A DNA stretch of 64,000 nt from Desulfatiglandales bacterium (GCA_963667015.2 CAXXJJ010000004.1:2432001-2496000), one strand, 5' to 3'; positions 40,062-49,330 are shown, counted from the stretch's first letter. Made by a program: numbers and translations. The notes: generated by a model not told the origin, from the letters alone.

Positions 40062-41869
40062 AACAATTACCAAGAATATTGATTATAGATGATGATTACG
40101 GGCATATGCGAGGTGGAAAGAATCCCATCCGTGATGATTTCTGTTATCCAAGACGCCTTAGAGATATAACCGGTGACAGACCACTCAAGGAAGTGGAGGA
40201 AGTACCTGAACCTATTGCAGAGGTTTATTTTACAAGTGGACAAAAAGTAGAGAATGGTGAATTAAAGAACGATCTTGAGGGAACAATTGAGGTTGTTAAA
40301 AATGGCTGGCTCAAATGGCCGCGTTGGTCATTAATACTTTTGGATCTTCGCTTTATTACCGGTAGATTAAATGAGGATGGGCAACCCAAAGGAGGTAAGT
40401 TTGATGATAACCCGGAAGAATATTTTGGCTTAAAAATATTTGAGCAAATAGCTAATGATAGTATTTTATGTGATATCCCGGTCATCATTTTGTCATCTAT
40501 GGACAGAGCTGATGTAGAAAAAAAGTTTTCAGATTGCGGGGCCAGACACTTTGTTGATAAAAATGCTCTTAATATTGAAACAATCAAGGATTCTTTACAT
40601 ACAATTGGCTTGTTAGAAGATGATGTGATTATCGGACGTTCTGTCCCTTTGTTAAAATGCCTTAGAGAAGCAAGAAAACGTGCAGAGTTTGGGAATGATA
40701 ATATTTTAGTCTTTGGAGAAACAGGTACAGGTAAGGAGTTATTGGCAAAATATCTCCATAAAAATTCACCATATAAAAATAATAACTTCATAAAATTGAA
40801 TACCCAGGGCGTTCCGGAAACATTGATCGAAGATAAATTATTCGGTCATAATAAAGGCGCTTATAACGGTGCGATATCAACTGAGGCTGGAGCTGCTGAA
40901 TTAGCTAATAAAAGCACTCTTTTTATTGATGAATTCGGTGATGTTCCTTCTCATGTACAATCAAAGCTTATCGATCTGCTAGATAAAAATACAAGAACTA
41001 TACAAAGGCTGGGAAGTAACGAAAATAAAAAGCTTAACCTCCAGATTGTAATGGCTACAAATCGTATTGATATCATTAATTCGGGAGATTTTCGTGCTGA
41101 CATTCTCTCAAGAGCTAAAGTCTCGAAACCTATTATCCTTCCTCCATTGAGAGAAAGAACTGAAGATATACCTATTTTAGCAAATTATTTTTTGAGGAAA
41201 TATGAGACCAGCATACCTGGTGCAGAGAAGAGAGTTATTGATAAAGAGGCCATGGATGTTTTAATGAAATATGACTGGCCTGATAATATACGCGGTCTTG
41301 AAAATGTTATTGAACAGGCAGTCAGCGACTACAAAGGCTTAAGGATATTAACAAAGAATCATATTCGCTTAGGGATAAAAACTCCAACTATCTCAGATGC
41401 CCTAGATGTAACAGACTCAAAACCTCAAAAAAAACTTACTCCAAAATCCGAAATTGCAACTGTTGATGAACTAATTGCCTTAATCAATGAATTTGAGTTT
41501 GATCATACAACCCCTGAACAATGGCAGTGGAAAGGTGAAAAATTAAGAGAAGCATTTATTCATCTTATGGAACGGTATCTTCGTGCCGGGTTAGATGCAA
41601 CCAGGAAAATAAGCTTTGAAATTCCGGATGGTGAAATTCAGCATACACCAGCTATTAACTTTATATTAGGTCCCAAAAGAGGAAAAGGAGGTAAATATTC
41701 TTCAACAGAAGCATATGCTCAAATACTAAGAATGTTATTACCACCATGTACAAAAAATGATATTAAACCAATGATAACTGATCCGGTTGTAAAAGAAATA
41801 TATCCTAAAGCGGAAGAGAACAGATCTACACCAAAAAAATCTCCATTTAAAAAACGTACTAAAAAATAA
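40058..41869 (+). CDS. NtrC-like response regulator (REC plus sigma54-activator AAA+), divergent
   Basis: ILIIDDD, LILLDL, PVIILSS; GETGTGKE, LFGHNKGAYNGA, LFIDEFG, YDWPDNIRGLEN. Confidence 0.85.
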   Translation: MKQLPRILIIDDDYGHMRGGKNPIRDDFCYPRRLRDITGDRPLKEVEEVPEPIAEVYFTSGQKVENGELKNDLEGTIEVVKNGWLKWPRWSLILLDLRFITGRLNEDGQPKGGKFDDNPEEYFGLKIFEQIANDSILCDIPVIILSSMDRADVEKKFSDCGARHFVDKNALNIETIKDSLHTIGLLEDDVIIGRSVPLLKCLREARKRAEFGNDNILVFGETGTGKELLAKYLHKNSPYKNNNFIKLNTQGVPETLIEDKLFGHNKGAYNGAISTEAGAAELANKSTLFIDEFGDVPSHVQSKLIDLLDKNTRTIQRLGSNENKKLNLQIVMATNRIDIINSGDFRADILSRAKVSKPIILPPLRERTEDIPILANYFLRKYETSIPGAEKRVIDKEAMDVLMKYDWPDNIRGLENVIEQAVSDYKGLRILTKNHIRLGIKTPTISDALDVTDSKPQKKLTPKSEIATVDELIALINEFEFDHTTPEQWQWKGEKLREAFIHLMERYLRAGLDATRKISFEIPDGEIQHTPAINFILGPKRGKGGKYSSTEAYAQILRMLLPPCTKNDIKPMITDPVVKEIYPKAEENRSTPKKSPFKKRTKK

Positions 41870-41924
41870 AAATCATAAAACACAGAAGACAGTACTGTGC
41901 TCAGCCTGATGAAAGCAATAGAAT

Positions 41925-44645
41925 ATGGATATTACAAAGTGGAATGTGGCAATATTAAATGCTGAAAAATCTCAAGAAACAGAAATTCTTTATCATACCA
42001 TTCACGACTCTTTTTCAATATTACCTTTTAAAAATACAGAATTAATAGAATCAATTGATGCTTTTGAGAAAGCCTTAAAAGGTGATGAAAATATTTTATT
42101 CATCATTACATCAATTTCAGAACAACCTAATAAGCATTTACTGGAACAACTACTTATATCATCATACTGTGAGAATTCTATCAGTACTTTTTGGGAAAAG
42201 CATAAATTTTTCTTAATTCCTTTAACAGAAACAAATGTCTACTTCAATAGTGTTGGCAAAATATTAGTAGATTTGAAAATAGGAAAGGTTGATTCATTAA
42301 CGGATATATTTAAAAAATTTGAGTTGTTATTTAAAAATGATGAAGCAGGCCATAAAAGTATACCTTCATACAAATTACGAAATGCTATTGAGAAAAGCTG
42401 CTTTCCCTCTGGAGCTGAAGAAATTCTTGAAGTATTAAACCGGAATAAAGACGTAACTCACGAAGTTTTTAATATTTTAAATAAACATGTTACACAGCCA
42501 AAAAGGAACTCTCATGAGAGTAGTACATTTCCGGCTATTAGATTGTTAATTGGCGCTTATGCTGCTGGTGATATTTCAGGTGAGACTCTTAAAGATGGCA
42601 TAGAAAAGATTGATGCAAAATTTAAGGGCGCAGAATTAGCGAATGTTCTTAGTGAGTGGATAGCCGAAACAGGCCAGAAGATCAAGGACTTCAATCCTAT
42701 GCCTGATTATCTATCGCCCCTTTCAGAATACCTTGTCGGTAGAAAGATATTACTCATTGAGGATAAATTGGATGATGAATATTGGGATATTGTACTTCCA
42801 CGACTTTTTTATCCCAAAAACTATAATGGTCCCTATAGCCAAATACAGAAGGACGAAAAAGACCAACCATTTGGAGAAATCTATTTAACACATAAGAAAT
42901 CAGCTAGAGGGTTAATAGATGAAGATATATCGAAATATGATTTGATTTTATTGGACCTTTATTCAAGCGAAAGCAATTTTTCAACCCATGGAAACATTTA
43001 CTCAACAATCCCTGCAAGTATAACTGATTTCATCGAAAAAATAGCGAAATATTATGATGACGATGATTCCGTAAAAAAGGCATTACCTAATATAATTATC
43101 TTTTCTGCTGACAGTTCGGGTGTTACTACTCACGCCTTATTGAAGGACCTAAAAGTAACAGAATATTTTTTTAAATTGTCTGATAGTGATTCGCACAAAG
43201 GTGAATATTATTCGACATTCAGAAATGCAATTATTAATTCCCTGAAGGAAAAAGTATTAAGAGTTACTGGTTTAAATGGAATAGACAATACTAGACGATT
43301 TAATAGGTGGGTCTCTCAGTTTCATCAAAAAGATAGGCCTTATATTCTTAGGTTAATGAAATATTATCGATATTATAGTGCAATGAGTATAGTAAGAAAT
43401 TTTGATCGCTATATGAAGCTCAATTTTGATTTATCAACTATGGACGAATCATCAGGCACGATAAAATATAAAGATATTGAAATGCCTCTTGATCGGGCAA
43501 TATTCTCATATTTAGGACGTCCAAATAAATCAGGACCAGCCACACTAAGTCTCTTCTCAAAAAGTGATTGGGCAAAGAAATGCTCACATTTTGGTAAAAT
43601 ATTCTTTTCTAATAAAAATGGGGATGATGGTCCAAGATACTTACCTTTTCGACCATACGATGATCTAATATTATTTTTAGCAAAAGAGCTTAATGGTAAC
43701 CTCAATGAAAATCTGAACATTTTCATTTTTGATGACATGGTTCTTTCAGGTGGGCAAATTAAATCATACCTCTGGAAGTTAATAAATAAGGATCTTCGTA
43801 AGAAATATAATGATAACGGCGGTGATCCAAATAAGTGGATAGAATTATGTAAAAATCACTTAAGTACAAGTAAAGTAGAATCTACCAAGTGCAGAATTGT
43901 ATTTCATGCAATATGCGCTATAGGATTAGTTCGACCAAATGATGATAATTTGGCTGAAAGATACAAAGGAATAAATTATCTCCAAGATGATTTGAATGCT
44001 GAGAGTATAAGAATCGCTTTCCCTGATGATTATGTTTGGGAGAATATTAATCCCTGGAATAGCTTTCTTGAAAAAGGCCTCTATAATAAACCTGTCCATT
44101 TTTCAGGTGTGTTAAAAATAAAAATTTGTGAAGACGAAAAACATAATGATCCGGAAGAATCAATTGAAAATCCGTGTAATTGTTCACACTATTTAGATGT
44201 TTATATCCATTTCGCTGATTACGTACCAAACGTTGGCATCCTATGTGAGCAGGAAGGCATTAATTACGAAGAGCTTAGAGCTATTTTGGCCAGCTATGCA
44301 TATGTAACCAGTCCGAGATCGGGGGAGTATCCCTGTGATTTTGAACCATTTGGCTGGAAAGAAGGCGGAGGATTATTCTCGACATATGCCAACTGCCCGG
44401 CGAACACGCTGCCGTTAATCTGGGGAAACCGCAAAAAGAATCTAGACCCGCCAGATTTTAAAAAGAGCAACTTGGAACAATGGAAAGCTCTTTTCCCTCG
44501 TTTTTTTAATCCTATGGCCCAGGGGAAAGAAAGGGAACAAACAGAGTTACCTTGTTACAAAACAAAAAAATGTTACCTACACCCAAATGTTGAAGTAAAC
44601 TTTATTAACGGCCCCCCTCCTTGTAAATTGAATGCTATTGAATGA
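41925..44645 (+). CDS. Receiver domain plus PRTase-like (PRTase-CE-type) protein
   Basis: KILLIED...LILLDLY...IIIFSA (REC); WVSQF, KSG, IFDDMVLSGGQ (PRPP loop), PFGW...NCPANTLPLIW...WKALFPR. Confidence 0.7.
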   Translation: MDITKWNVAILNAEKSQETEILYHTIHDSFSILPFKNTELIESIDAFEKALKGDENILFIITSISEQPNKHLLEQLLISSYCENSISTFWEKHKFFLIPLTETNVYFNSVGKILVDLKIGKVDSLTDIFKKFELLFKNDEAGHKSIPSYKLRNAIEKSCFPSGAEEILEVLNRNKDVTHEVFNILNKHVTQPKRNSHESSTFPAIRLLIGAYAAGDISGETLKDGIEKIDAKFKGAELANVLSEWIAETGQKIKDFNPMPDYLSPLSEYLVGRKILLIEDKLDDEYWDIVLPRLFYPKNYNGPYSQIQKDEKDQPFGEIYLTHKKSARGLIDEDISKYDLILLDLYSSESNFSTHGNIYSTIPASITDFIEKIAKYYDDDDSVKKALPNIIIFSADSSGVTTHALLKDLKVTEYFFKLSDSDSHKGEYYSTFRNAIINSLKEKVLRVTGLNGIDNTRRFNRWVSQFHQKDRPYILRLMKYYRYYSAMSIVRNFDRYMKLNFDLSTMDESSGTIKYKDIEMPLDRAIFSYLGRPNKSGPATLSLFSKSDWAKKCSHFGKIFFSNKNGDDGPRYLPFRPYDDLILFLAKELNGNLNENLNIFIFDDMVLSGGQIKSYLWKLINKDLRKKYNDNGGDPNKWIELCKNHLSTSKVESTKCRIVFHAICAIGLVRPNDDNLAERYKGINYLQDDLNAESIRIAFPDDYVWENINPWNSFLEKGLYNKPVHFSGVLKIKICEDEKHNDPEESIENPCNCSHYLDVYIHFADYVPNVGILCEQEGINYEELRAILASYAYVTSPRSGEYPCDFEPFGWKEGGGLFSTYANCPANTLPLIWGNRKKNLDPPDFKKSNLEQWKALFPRFFNPMAQGKEREQTELPCYKTKKCYLHPNVEVNFINGPPPCKLNAIE

Positions 44646-44957
44646 TATAATTTACCATGGTTGTGTCTGTCGACAAATCATCATTTTTTCATAAAGTATA
44701 AAACTTATACATTCCCTATTTAAGATCTAATTATTAGAACCCTCTAATGATTGGATTTTAATCAACAATGGTATCAATTTTGATACTTTAAATTGCAAAT
44801 TAATTACTAAAAAAACAAATGTAGTTATCCCTAAAGAAATTTAAAAACTTATTTATAGGGCTTAAAACATGATGGGATTCTTGATTGATATACGTCCAGT
44901 CTAGAAAAGTAGAAATTCTAATCTCTCATAAAAATATAAAATGGGAAAATTATATTT

Positions 44958-44973
44958 TGGCATGTTGTTTGCT
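44958..44973 (+). promoter_or_regulatory. Sigma54 -24/-12 promoter upstream of the repeat-peptide operon
   Basis: TGGCATGTTGTTTGCT (GG-N10-GC). Confidence 0.6.
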
Positions 44974-45308
44974 TTTATAGATAAACAATACATCAGATTG
45001 CGAAATAAAATTATGGAAGTATAAAGCATGACATCTGATAAGCTGTAAAAGCGGTTTATTAAAATATGGGGTTCTGTTTTTAGCTCGGCCAAGCTGGAAC
45101 AGACGCAAGAAGTAAAAAGGCGCTATGGAGCCATAGATCCAGGCGCCTTTTTATTTGCCCCATAATCCCCAAGCAAATTTAGAATTAGAAAAGGTGTGAA
45201 TCGTTTGAGTTTTTATGAACAAGGATTTTTATGGAATCAGTTATATCTCGGCACTGATTCCGTAAATAAAGAGAGTCTGAGACTAACCTTAAAAAGGAGG
45301 ATTTTAAA

Positions 45309-45563
45309 ATGATACGACTGAACAACAACCCATCTCAAATTAATGATTCAGTTATGGACTACATTCCCATTGGTACTTTTTATGGGAAGGATGAGATTCC
45401 ACCAGGCACCTTCCACGGTGGAGATGAAATCCCTCCTGGAACTTTCCATGGTGGCGATGAGATACCACCCGGGACTTTTCACGGGGGAGATGAGATTCCT
45501 CCCGGAACCTTCCATGGAGGAGACGAAATCCCTCCTGGAACATTCCATGGATTGATTTATTAA
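45309..45563 (+). CDS. Tandem-repeat peptide precursor (11-aa units DEIPPGTFHGG)
   Basis: AAGGAGG RBS; 33-nt repeats at 45357-45554. The four complete units are identical in protein and differ only at synonymous positions. Confidence 0.85.
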   Translation: MIRLNNNPSQINDSVMDYIPIGTFYGKDEIPPGTFHGGDEIPPGTFHGGDEIPPGTFHGGDEIPPGTFHGGDEIPPGTFHGLIY

Positions 45564-45573
45564 TGTAGCGAGC

Positions 45574-45608
45574 GATCGGTTGGTAGATTTTTATTTTGCC
45601 AACCGATC
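45574..45608 (+). promoter_or_regulatory. Intergenic stem-loop after the precursor gene
   Basis: GATCGGTTGGTAGA-TTTTTAT-TTTGCCAACCGATC; no U-tail. Confidence 0.6.
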
Positions 45609-45632
45609 AGCAATACCGGAAAGGAGACTTCA

Positions 45633-45881
45633 ATGGACCCCATAACATTAGGTATTTTAGGGCTTGGCGCTTATTTACTTTTTAAGCCAAATACTGTTTC
45701 AACACGTTTCAGATACCGTAAAAGGAATGGCTCATGGCGGGCATATTTTAATGGTAATCCACCAACTAAAAGTCATGTGCTTCATGATAGTGATGGCTAC
45801 TACGTCTGCTGGGATAGGCCCCTGAGGAATGAACAGGAAGCGAAGCAGATAGCTAAAGAATGGATGAATATTTATGGATGA
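45633..45881 (+). CDS. Small His/Cys protein A with N-terminal membrane anchor (E2-like?)
   Basis: AGGAG RBS; hydrophobic N-terminus; NGSWRAY...HVLHD...YVCW..PLR...EAKQIAKEW. Confidence 0.7.
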   Translation: MDPITLGILGLGAYLLFKPNTVSTRFRYRKRNGSWRAYFNGNPPTKSHVLHDSDGYYVCWDRPLRNEQEAKQIAKEWMNIYG

Positions 45882-45895
45882 AAATAAGGAGATAA

Positions 45896-46183
45896 ATGAT
45901 CATGCGTAAACATAAAAATTATTACAGAACAGAAGATGGTTCGTCTGATTATGGTTTTAGTTTTGAGGAACAATCTAATGGCACTTGGAAAGCATATATT
46001 GAACGACAACCCTCTTATCATGGACGTCCTAATGATGCGGATAGTACTCACCGCTTGTCAGATGGGAGTCGTAAATATGTATGCTGGACTAAACCTCTTC
46101 GTTCGCTTGAAGAGGCTAAACAGGTAGCGGCAAAATGGGCAGATAAAACTCAAGAATACATTCGAACTGGTCACAGATTTTAA
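45896..46183 (+). CDS. Small His/Cys protein B, soluble paralog of A (E2-like?)
   Basis: AGGAG RBS; NGTWKAY...HRLSD...YVCW..PLR...EAKQVAAKW. Confidence 0.75.
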   Translation: MIMRKHKNYYRTEDGSSDYGFSFEEQSNGTWKAYIERQPSYHGRPNDADSTHRLSDGSRKYVCWTKPLRSLEEAKQVAAKWADKTQEYIRTGHRF

Positions 46184-46195
46184 GGAGGAGATGAT

Positions 46196-47917
46196 ATGCC
46201 TTATAAAGATAATGAATACTCTAAAAAAGATCATAATACTCCCGTGCTTCATATGAATTGGGAGGTTTTAAAAGACATTATAAATACAATAGGTGCTTTA
46301 CCAGCTGAATCAGGAGGTGCAATTGGTGGTTATAACGATGGTAACAAAATGACACATTACCATTTTGACGAAAATAGCCGCAACTCTTCGGTCACATACT
46401 CTCCGGACTATAAAACTTTAAACCGGTTATTTAAATATGATTGGAACCCTAATGGTATTCGCTTTCAAGGTTTTGTACATAGCCATCCCGGGCGTATGAA
46501 CCGCCCTTCATTTGGTGATGAAATATATGCCGAACGCATTCTTAAGGCTATAGATGACCTTGACAGTCTCTGGCTACCTATTATCAATACAACCCCTGAT
46601 ACAGGTGTTTTCAGGTTGACTCCATGGATCGCCTATCCAAAGGCAAAAGGTGTATCTGTTGTAAAAGGAAAGGTCAAGATCCTGCAGGGTTCACATGAAT
46701 TGGCCTTATCGAGCTGTGATAATAATGCATATAAATCGTTGCAGATGGATGTGCCTCTTGAAGAGATAATAATAGGGGATAATAAAACAAGTCGTTCCAA
46801 TACCAAGCTGACAACTGTTAATAATGTGGTTTCAAAAAATATAAGTTATAAGGCCTCTCTAAATGAAACTAGAAAAGAAGGATATAACTACATAAAGGAA
46901 TCTGCTAGATCATTCAATGTTCAGAATACATTCGATCGTGTCCAGAGTGTATATGACTTGGAGCTGATGCAAAAAATCCGGCTAATAGCAGTTGGTGCCG
47001 GAGGTGCTGCTGACTGGTTGGAAGCGATGGCTCGTTCCGGTGTGGGGCAATTTGTAATGATTGATCCTGACATTGTTTCCGAAACCAATTTAGCAACTCA
47101 ACAGACATATCGCAAGGATATAGGCAGGCCCAAGGTGGACTGCATAGCCGAGCGTATTAGAGATATTAATCCTACAACTCGTACCATCGCTATTCAGAAA
47201 AGCCTTGATGAGATTACTGATGAAGAAATGAAGGAATTTGCAGATAAACCTATTGATGGATGTGAAGTAGAAAAAACCATTATTTGTGGATTAACTGACA
47301 ATTTCTATGCTCAGGCCCGTGTGAACAGACTTGCGTTACATTTAGGTATTCCGAGTTTGTGTGCTCAAGTTTACAAGGAAGGTCGCGGTGCAGAGATTAC
47401 TTTCACTCATCCAGGAGTAACCCCTGCATGTCATCGTTGTATTTTGAGTTCCCGTTATAAATATTTTATGGAACAGAACCGGGAAAACGATGTTACGTCT
47501 CATGGTACGCCTATCTTTGCAACAACACGACTCAATGCAATCAAGGGTTTTCTGACTTTGGCCCTGATCCATCATGGCACAGATCATCCACGATGGGGCA
47601 GCATGCTTTCCAGGATCGGAAATCGTAACCTTATTCAAATCCGAATGGACCCGGATTTTTCAGAAACATTGGGTATGAAGACATTTAATCGAGTACTGAA
47701 TGGTGCAGATAAGGAAAGACTTTTTTTCGACGAAGTAGTCTGGCTTCCTCAAGAGCAGGAATGTCCTGAAACAGGATATGCATATTGTCCTGACTGCGGT
47801 GGAACTGGTGATCTTCACGACGCAATCGGAAAATTCAATGATACAAGGCTATCTTCAAACAAAGTTGATGAAAATAATACGGAGAATATTGAAAGACGGA
47901 TAGAAATTTTTGCCTAA
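46196..47917 (+). CDS. JAB/MPN metalloprotease fused to ThiF/E1-like adenylyltransferase
   Basis: ESGG...HSHP...PSFGD (JAMM motif); GAGG, DPDIVSETNLATQ, GRPKV, LTDN, CHRC and CPDC. Confidence 0.88.
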   Translation: MPYKDNEYSKKDHNTPVLHMNWEVLKDIINTIGALPAESGGAIGGYNDGNKMTHYHFDENSRNSSVTYSPDYKTLNRLFKYDWNPNGIRFQGFVHSHPGRMNRPSFGDEIYAERILKAIDDLDSLWLPIINTTPDTGVFRLTPWIAYPKAKGVSVVKGKVKILQGSHELALSSCDNNAYKSLQMDVPLEEIIIGDNKTSRSNTKLTTVNNVVSKNISYKASLNETRKEGYNYIKESARSFNVQNTFDRVQSVYDLELMQKIRLIAVGAGGAADWLEAMARSGVGQFVMIDPDIVSETNLATQQTYRKDIGRPKVDCIAERIRDINPTTRTIAIQKSLDEITDEEMKEFADKPIDGCEVEKTIICGLTDNFYAQARVNRLALHLGIPSLCAQVYKEGRGAEITFTHPGVTPACHRCILSSRYKYFMEQNRENDVTSHGTPIFATTRLNAIKGFLTLALIHHGTDHPRWGSMLSRIGNRNLIQIRMDPDFSETLGMKTFNRVLNGADKERLFFDEVVWLPQEQECPETGYAYCPDCGGTGDLHDAIGKFNDTRLSSNKVDENNTENIERRIEIFA

Positions 47918-47941
47918 ATTTAAATAGAGAGGTGGCGTAAA

Positions 47942-49330
47942 ATGAGACAATTTTTTATGAATAATGATGTTGCTTTCAATGATCTGGAAGAACGCGCAAG
48001 ACATGCATGCATTCGTTTTCGTGATCAAGAAATGCCTTCAGGGTGTAATCCAAATCGTGGAGATGTCGGATTTGAGGTGTCGGGTAATCCCCCAACCGCC
48101 AAATTTTTAGTAGGAAAGGGAATACAATATCAGGGGCCAGATCCATCTCTTTGCGATCTGTTCCGAACAGGTGAGAAACAGTTCATGGATTTTACATCTC
48201 TGAAAGCGTGGCTCCAAGGGCCTTTACGTGAAGTATTCGATACGCAATCAAACACTGGATCTACGCCTGAAACACACCCTTCTGAAGCCGGAGGCACATC
48301 TAATCTTACAGATATCTCAACTGTGCATGAGAGTATTCGTGATATTAATAAACCTCTCTATCTTGATGAAACAGTGCTTCTAAATAAGCTTCAACAAAAA
48401 GTGCTTGGGCAGGAAGATGCCTTGAAAGGATTAGCTGCAGTAATGGTTCGCCATATCGCTCGGCTTCGGCCGGCGCGTCCAGCTGTTGTTTTTGAAGTCG
48501 GGCCTTCCGGTGTTGGGAAGACTCGCACTGCCGAGGAAATGCCACAAATTATTAAAGAATTTAATGATGATGATAATGGTTATCAGTTTTTGAGATTAGA
48601 TATGAACGAGTACCAGGAAGCACATCGTGTAAGTCAATTGATTGGCGCACCACAGGGATATGTTGGGCATGGTGAAGGTAGTCAATTAGCAGATGTATTA
48701 AGGGCGAATCCGCGTACCATTGTCCTTTTTGATGAGATTGAGAAAGCTCATCCAGCAATACTTCGAGTTTTGATGAATGCTATGGATGCAGGACGATTAT
48801 CAGCTGCAACAAGTTCATCCGCTGGACGGGAGATAGACTGTCGGCATGCTGTTTTTATTTTTACAAGCAATTTGGACGCAAAAGCTATTCTTGATGAATT
48901 AGACTCTCGTTCAGCTTTTGGAAACCGTTCTGTTGAGGATGAGGTTTGTCGTCGTCGCTTACATGCCGGTGGTATAGCCCCGGAAATCGTTGGAAGAATT
49001 GGTCGGTTTCTTGTTTTTCGGCCTCTAAGCCCGGAAACTAGAGCTGAAATAATGGCACTCTCAATTTCTGAAGTTGCAGAAGAATATGGATTGAAAGTTA
49101 CCTATGTAGAACCAGGCGTGATTATTGAATTAATGAAAAAAGCCAAATCTCAAAATTTTGGTGTGAGACCGGAACGTTTCCTTATTGATGATCAACTGGG
49201 AAGTGCTTTTACAAGTGCTGCAAAACAAGGTTTTACTAATCCTGTTATTGTCTGCGGTCCGCCTTTTGAATGTCGCTTGGAAGAGCCAAGTGAAGACCGG
49301 GCGGATGATACTGTTGATGATTTGGAATAA
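47942..49330 (+). CDS. ClpA/ClpB-type single-module AAA+ ATPase with unknown N-terminal domain
   Basis: VLGQ, GPSGVGKT, RLDMNEYQE, LIGAPQGYVG pore loop, LFDEIEKAHP, FTSN, PEIVGRI. Confidence 0.88.
   Translation: MRQFFMNNDVAFNDLEERARHACIRFRDQEMPSGCNPNRGDVGFEVSGNPPTAKFLVGKGIQYQGPDPSLCDLFRTGEKQFMDFTSLKAWLQGPLREVFDTQSNTGSTPETHPSEAGGTSNLTDISTVHESIRDINKPLYLDETVLLNKLQQKVLGQEDALKGLAAVMVRHIARLRPARPAVVFEVGPSGVGKTRTAEEMPQIIKEFNDDDNGYQFLRLDMNEYQEAHRVSQLIGAPQGYVGHGEGSQLADVLRANPRTIVLFDEIEKAHPAILRVLMNAMDAGRLSAATSSSAGREIDCRHAVFIFTSNLDAKAILDELDSRSAFGNRSVEDEVCRRRLHAGGIAPEIVGRIGRFLVFRPLSPETRAEIMALSISEVAEEYGLKVTYVEPGVIIELMKKAKSQNFGVRPERFLIDDQLGSAFTSAAKQGFTNPVIVCGPPFECRLEEPSEDRADDTVDDLE

Noticed and set aside
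45357..45554. 33-bp repeats read as a CRISPR array
   Set aside because: The repeats are contiguous with no spacers, vary at codon third positions, and no cas genes are present.
45343..45555. Alternative-frame and antisense ORFs over the repeat (45343-45555 +, 45348-45548 -, 45352-45543 -)
   Set aside because: Only the 45309 frame has an RBS and identical peptide units; the other frames vary in amino acid between repeats.
46196..47917. Calling the locus CBASS, Bil or thiamine/molybdopterin biosynthesis
   Set aside because: No CD-NTase, beta-grasp Ubl/ThiS/MoaD or cofactor biosynthesis genes are visible nearby.
47942..49330. Calling this gene clpB
   Set aside because: It has only one AAA+ module, with no Clp N-domain, NBD1 or M-domain; it is a specialised relative.
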